Shown here: positions 61,664-64,000 of the stretch, piece by piece
Layout of the letters: every line of letters starts with the position of its first letter
Position numbering within the stretch: the first letter of the stretch is position 1
Assembly (NCBI RefSeq): GCF_018350175.1
Contig: NC_058368.1
Span: 29,328,001 to 29,392,000 of the forward strand
Reading direction: 5' to 3'
Source of the DNA: Felis catus
Lineage: Eukaryota
DNA length: 64,000 bases
Made by a program: the position numbers and the translations under genes
Notes under the pieces: generated by a model
The model's input: the letters and a program-made list of their open reading frames with translations, nothing else
The model's database searches: none
What the model was told of the DNA's origin: nothing

Positions 61664-63082
61664 TTTTTTTTAATCCAAGCTAGTTAACATATAGTGTATT
61701 AATGGTTTCAGGAGAATTTAGTGATTCATCACTTACATATAACACCCAGTGTTCATCCCAACAAGTGCCTTCTTAATGCCCATCATCCATTTAGCCCATC
61801 CCCTCACCCAACACCCTTACAGCAACCCTCAGTTGTTTATTCTCTGTATTTATGAGTTCTTATGGTTTGCCTCCCTCTGTTTTTATCTTACTTTTCCTTC
61901 CCTTCCCCTATGTTCATCGGTTTTGTTTCTTATATTCTACTTATGAGCGTAATCACATGATACATTTCTTTGACTTATTTCACTTGGCATACACTCTAGT
62001 TCCATCCACAATGTTGCAAATGGCAAAATTTCATTCTTTTTGGTCGCTGAGTAATATTCCATTGTGTATATATTCCACATCTTCTTTATCCATTCATCCA
62101 TCGATGGGCATTTAGGCTCTTTCCAAACTTTGGCTATTGGTGATAGTTCTGCTGTAAACATTGGGGTGCATGAGTCCCTTTGAATCAACATTTTTGTATC
62201 CTTTGGATAAATACCTATTAATGCAATTGCTGGATTGTAGGGTAGTTATATTTTCAATTTTTTGAGGAGCCTCCATACTACTTTCCAGAGTGGCTGCCCT
62301 AATTTGCATTCCCACCAGCAGTGCAAAAGATATCCTCTTTCTCCGCATCCTTGCCAACATCTGTTATTTTCTGAGTTGTTAATTTTAATCATTCTGAGGT
62401 GGTATCTCATTGTGGTTTTGATTTGTACTTTCCTGATGATGAGTGATGTTGAGCATCTTTTCATGTGTCTGTTAGGCATCTGGATGTCTTCTTTGGAAAA
62501 GTGTTCACATTCTTTTGCCCGTTTCTTCACTGGATTATTTGTTTTTTGGGGTGTTAAGTTTGGTGAGTTCTTTATAGATTTTGGATACTAACCCTTTATC
62601 CGATATGTCATTTGCAAATTCTTTTCCCATTCCATTCGTTGCCTTTTAGTTTTGTTGATTATTTCCTTCACTGTGCAGAAGCTTTTTATCTTCTTAAGAA
62701 GTTGCTGTGGCTGAGGTGAAAGAGGTTGCTGCCTGTTTTCTCCCCTAGGATTTTGATGGTTTCCTGTCTTACATTTAGGTCTTTCATCCACTTTGAGTCT
62801 ATTTCTCTGTAAGGGGTAAGAAAGTGGTCCAGGTTCATTCTTCTGCATGTCGCTGTCCAGTTTTCCCAGCACCATTTGCTAAAGAAACTGTCTTTTTTCC
62901 ATTGGATATTCTTTACTGCTTTGTCAAATACTAGTTGGCCATAGATTTGTGGGTCCATTTCTGGGTTTTCTATTTTCTTCTATTGATCTATGTGTCTGCT
63001 TTTATGTCAGTACCAGACTGTCCTGATGATTACAGCTTTGTAATACAGCTTGAAGTCCAGCATTGTGATGCCCCCAGCTTTG
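61664..63082 (-). mobile_element. 5'-truncated carnivore L1 (ORF2 C-terminus + 3' UTR)
   Basis: [49 protein letters not shown]...WKEPKCPSMDEWIKKMW. Confidence 0.92.
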
Positions 63083-63445
63083 GTGTATTAATTTCATGTA
63101 TACAACATAGTGATTTAACCACTGTGTACATTAGTCAGTGCTCACCGTAAGTGCACTTTTTAATCCCTATTACCTATTTCACCCATCCCCCCACCTACCA
63201 CCCCTCTAGTGACCATCAGTTCTCTATAGTTAAGAGTCTGTTTCTTGATTTGTCTCTCTCCCCTTTCCCCCCCTTGTTCCTTTGTTTCTTAAATTCCACA
63301 TATGAGTGAAATCATATGATATTTGTCTCTCTCTGACTGATTTAAATCTTAGTGTTAATTATACTCTCTAACTTCATCCATGTTATTGCAAATGGCAAGA
63401 TTTCATTCATTTTAATGGCTGAATAATATTCTACTGTATATCTGT
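63083..63445 (-). mobile_element. Carnivore L1 3' UTR fragment (continues 61622-61660)
   Basis: tacaacatagtgattt...ttccacatatgagtgaaatcatatg...gcaaatggcaagatttc. Confidence 0.75.
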
Positions 63446-63639
63446 CTTTTATTAAAGCAAATCTAATCATAAGATAGCATTATAATTTATGGATCCATTT
63501 ATTAGTCTTTTCCCATTTTCTAACCTAACATGGCTGGTTTTGTCCAAAGTTGCCAAAAGTTGCAGAAACAAATAAACCAAATGAAGCCCGGAGTGCCTCT
63601 GTGAGCATTGGTTCCTCCCAGAAGCCAGGGGCTTCACTG

Positions 63640-63896
63640 ACTGAACCAAATGGCTTCCTAGTTTCTGGTTGCTTGGTCTTATGGCCAGTTTTCTCTAACT
63701 GTGCATGCAAGAAAACGAATGCAGACATGTCAAAAGAACCCTCTTTGGGCCATCTGAGACTCAAGCTATTAGTTAAAATTTCCCCGTTAGGTAAGCACTT
63801 CCACGTAGAGACTCTATGTGTGTTGTGTGTATACCCGCCAGAGTCCCTGTGAATTGTTGTTGGTTTCCTGGGAGCTGTTTGGCCTTTAAAGCTCAA
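63640..63896 (-). pseudogene. ERV gag matrix (MA) remnant
   Basis: ORF 63525..63896 contains LTNSLSLRWPKEGSFDMSAFVFLHAQLEKTGHKTKQPE, matching the WPxxGSF motif of class I ERV matrix proteins. Confidence 0.65.
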
Positions 63897-64000
63897 TTGT
63901 CTCCCTATTCATTTTAGTTTCAGTTTTGGAATAAGGTTTGAGCAAAATCTAAGGATGGTGAGTATGGTGGATTGAGAGGGTGCCGTTTGTGAGTGTCCCT

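Larger units (their letters stand above)
54578..64000 (-). mobile_element. Internal region of an ERV1 (MER4-group-like) provirus, interrupted by SINEs and L1s, continuing beyond the window
   Basis: PPT at the LTR junction, long AT-rich non-coding interior typical of non-autonomous MER4-group elements, and a gag matrix remnant at the far end. Confidence 0.6.

Noticed and set aside
1..64000. CRISPR arrays, operons or prokaryotic systems
   Set aside because: The sequence is mammalian and has no regular repeat-spacer structure.

Overview
This is mammalian genomic DNA from a felid, judged from the felid-type Can-SINEs (SINEC_Fc) and carnivore L1s. It holds one credible protein-coding gene: intronless KBTBD6 (+ strand, ATG 36293 to TGA 38413, 706 aa, BTB-BACK-Kelch CUL3 adaptor with a C-terminal WVQV LIR). 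The gene has a CpG-island promoter and a probable ~2.3 kb 3' UTR. Most of the rest is retroelement debris: nested L1s across 1-31 kb, more than 40 Can-SINEs, Tigger-type MITEs, MaLR/ERVL/ERV1 solo LTRs, a decayed ERV1 pro-pol remnant (31.4-33.5 kb) and a second ERV1-type provirus from 54.1 kb past the window end. I found no convincing new biological system. The best leads are: (i) a 42-codon Gly/Ser expansion inside KBTBD6; (ii) a KBTBD7-like in-frame tail (NAQDQNLL*) right after the stop codon; (iii) a TSD-bracketed, mRNA-3'UTR-like 0.8 kb insert inside an L1; (iv) two opposed ZNF143-type motifs suggesting a bidirectional promoter. Repeat subfamily names and comparisons with human proteins come from memory, not from a search, and repeat boundaries are approximate.
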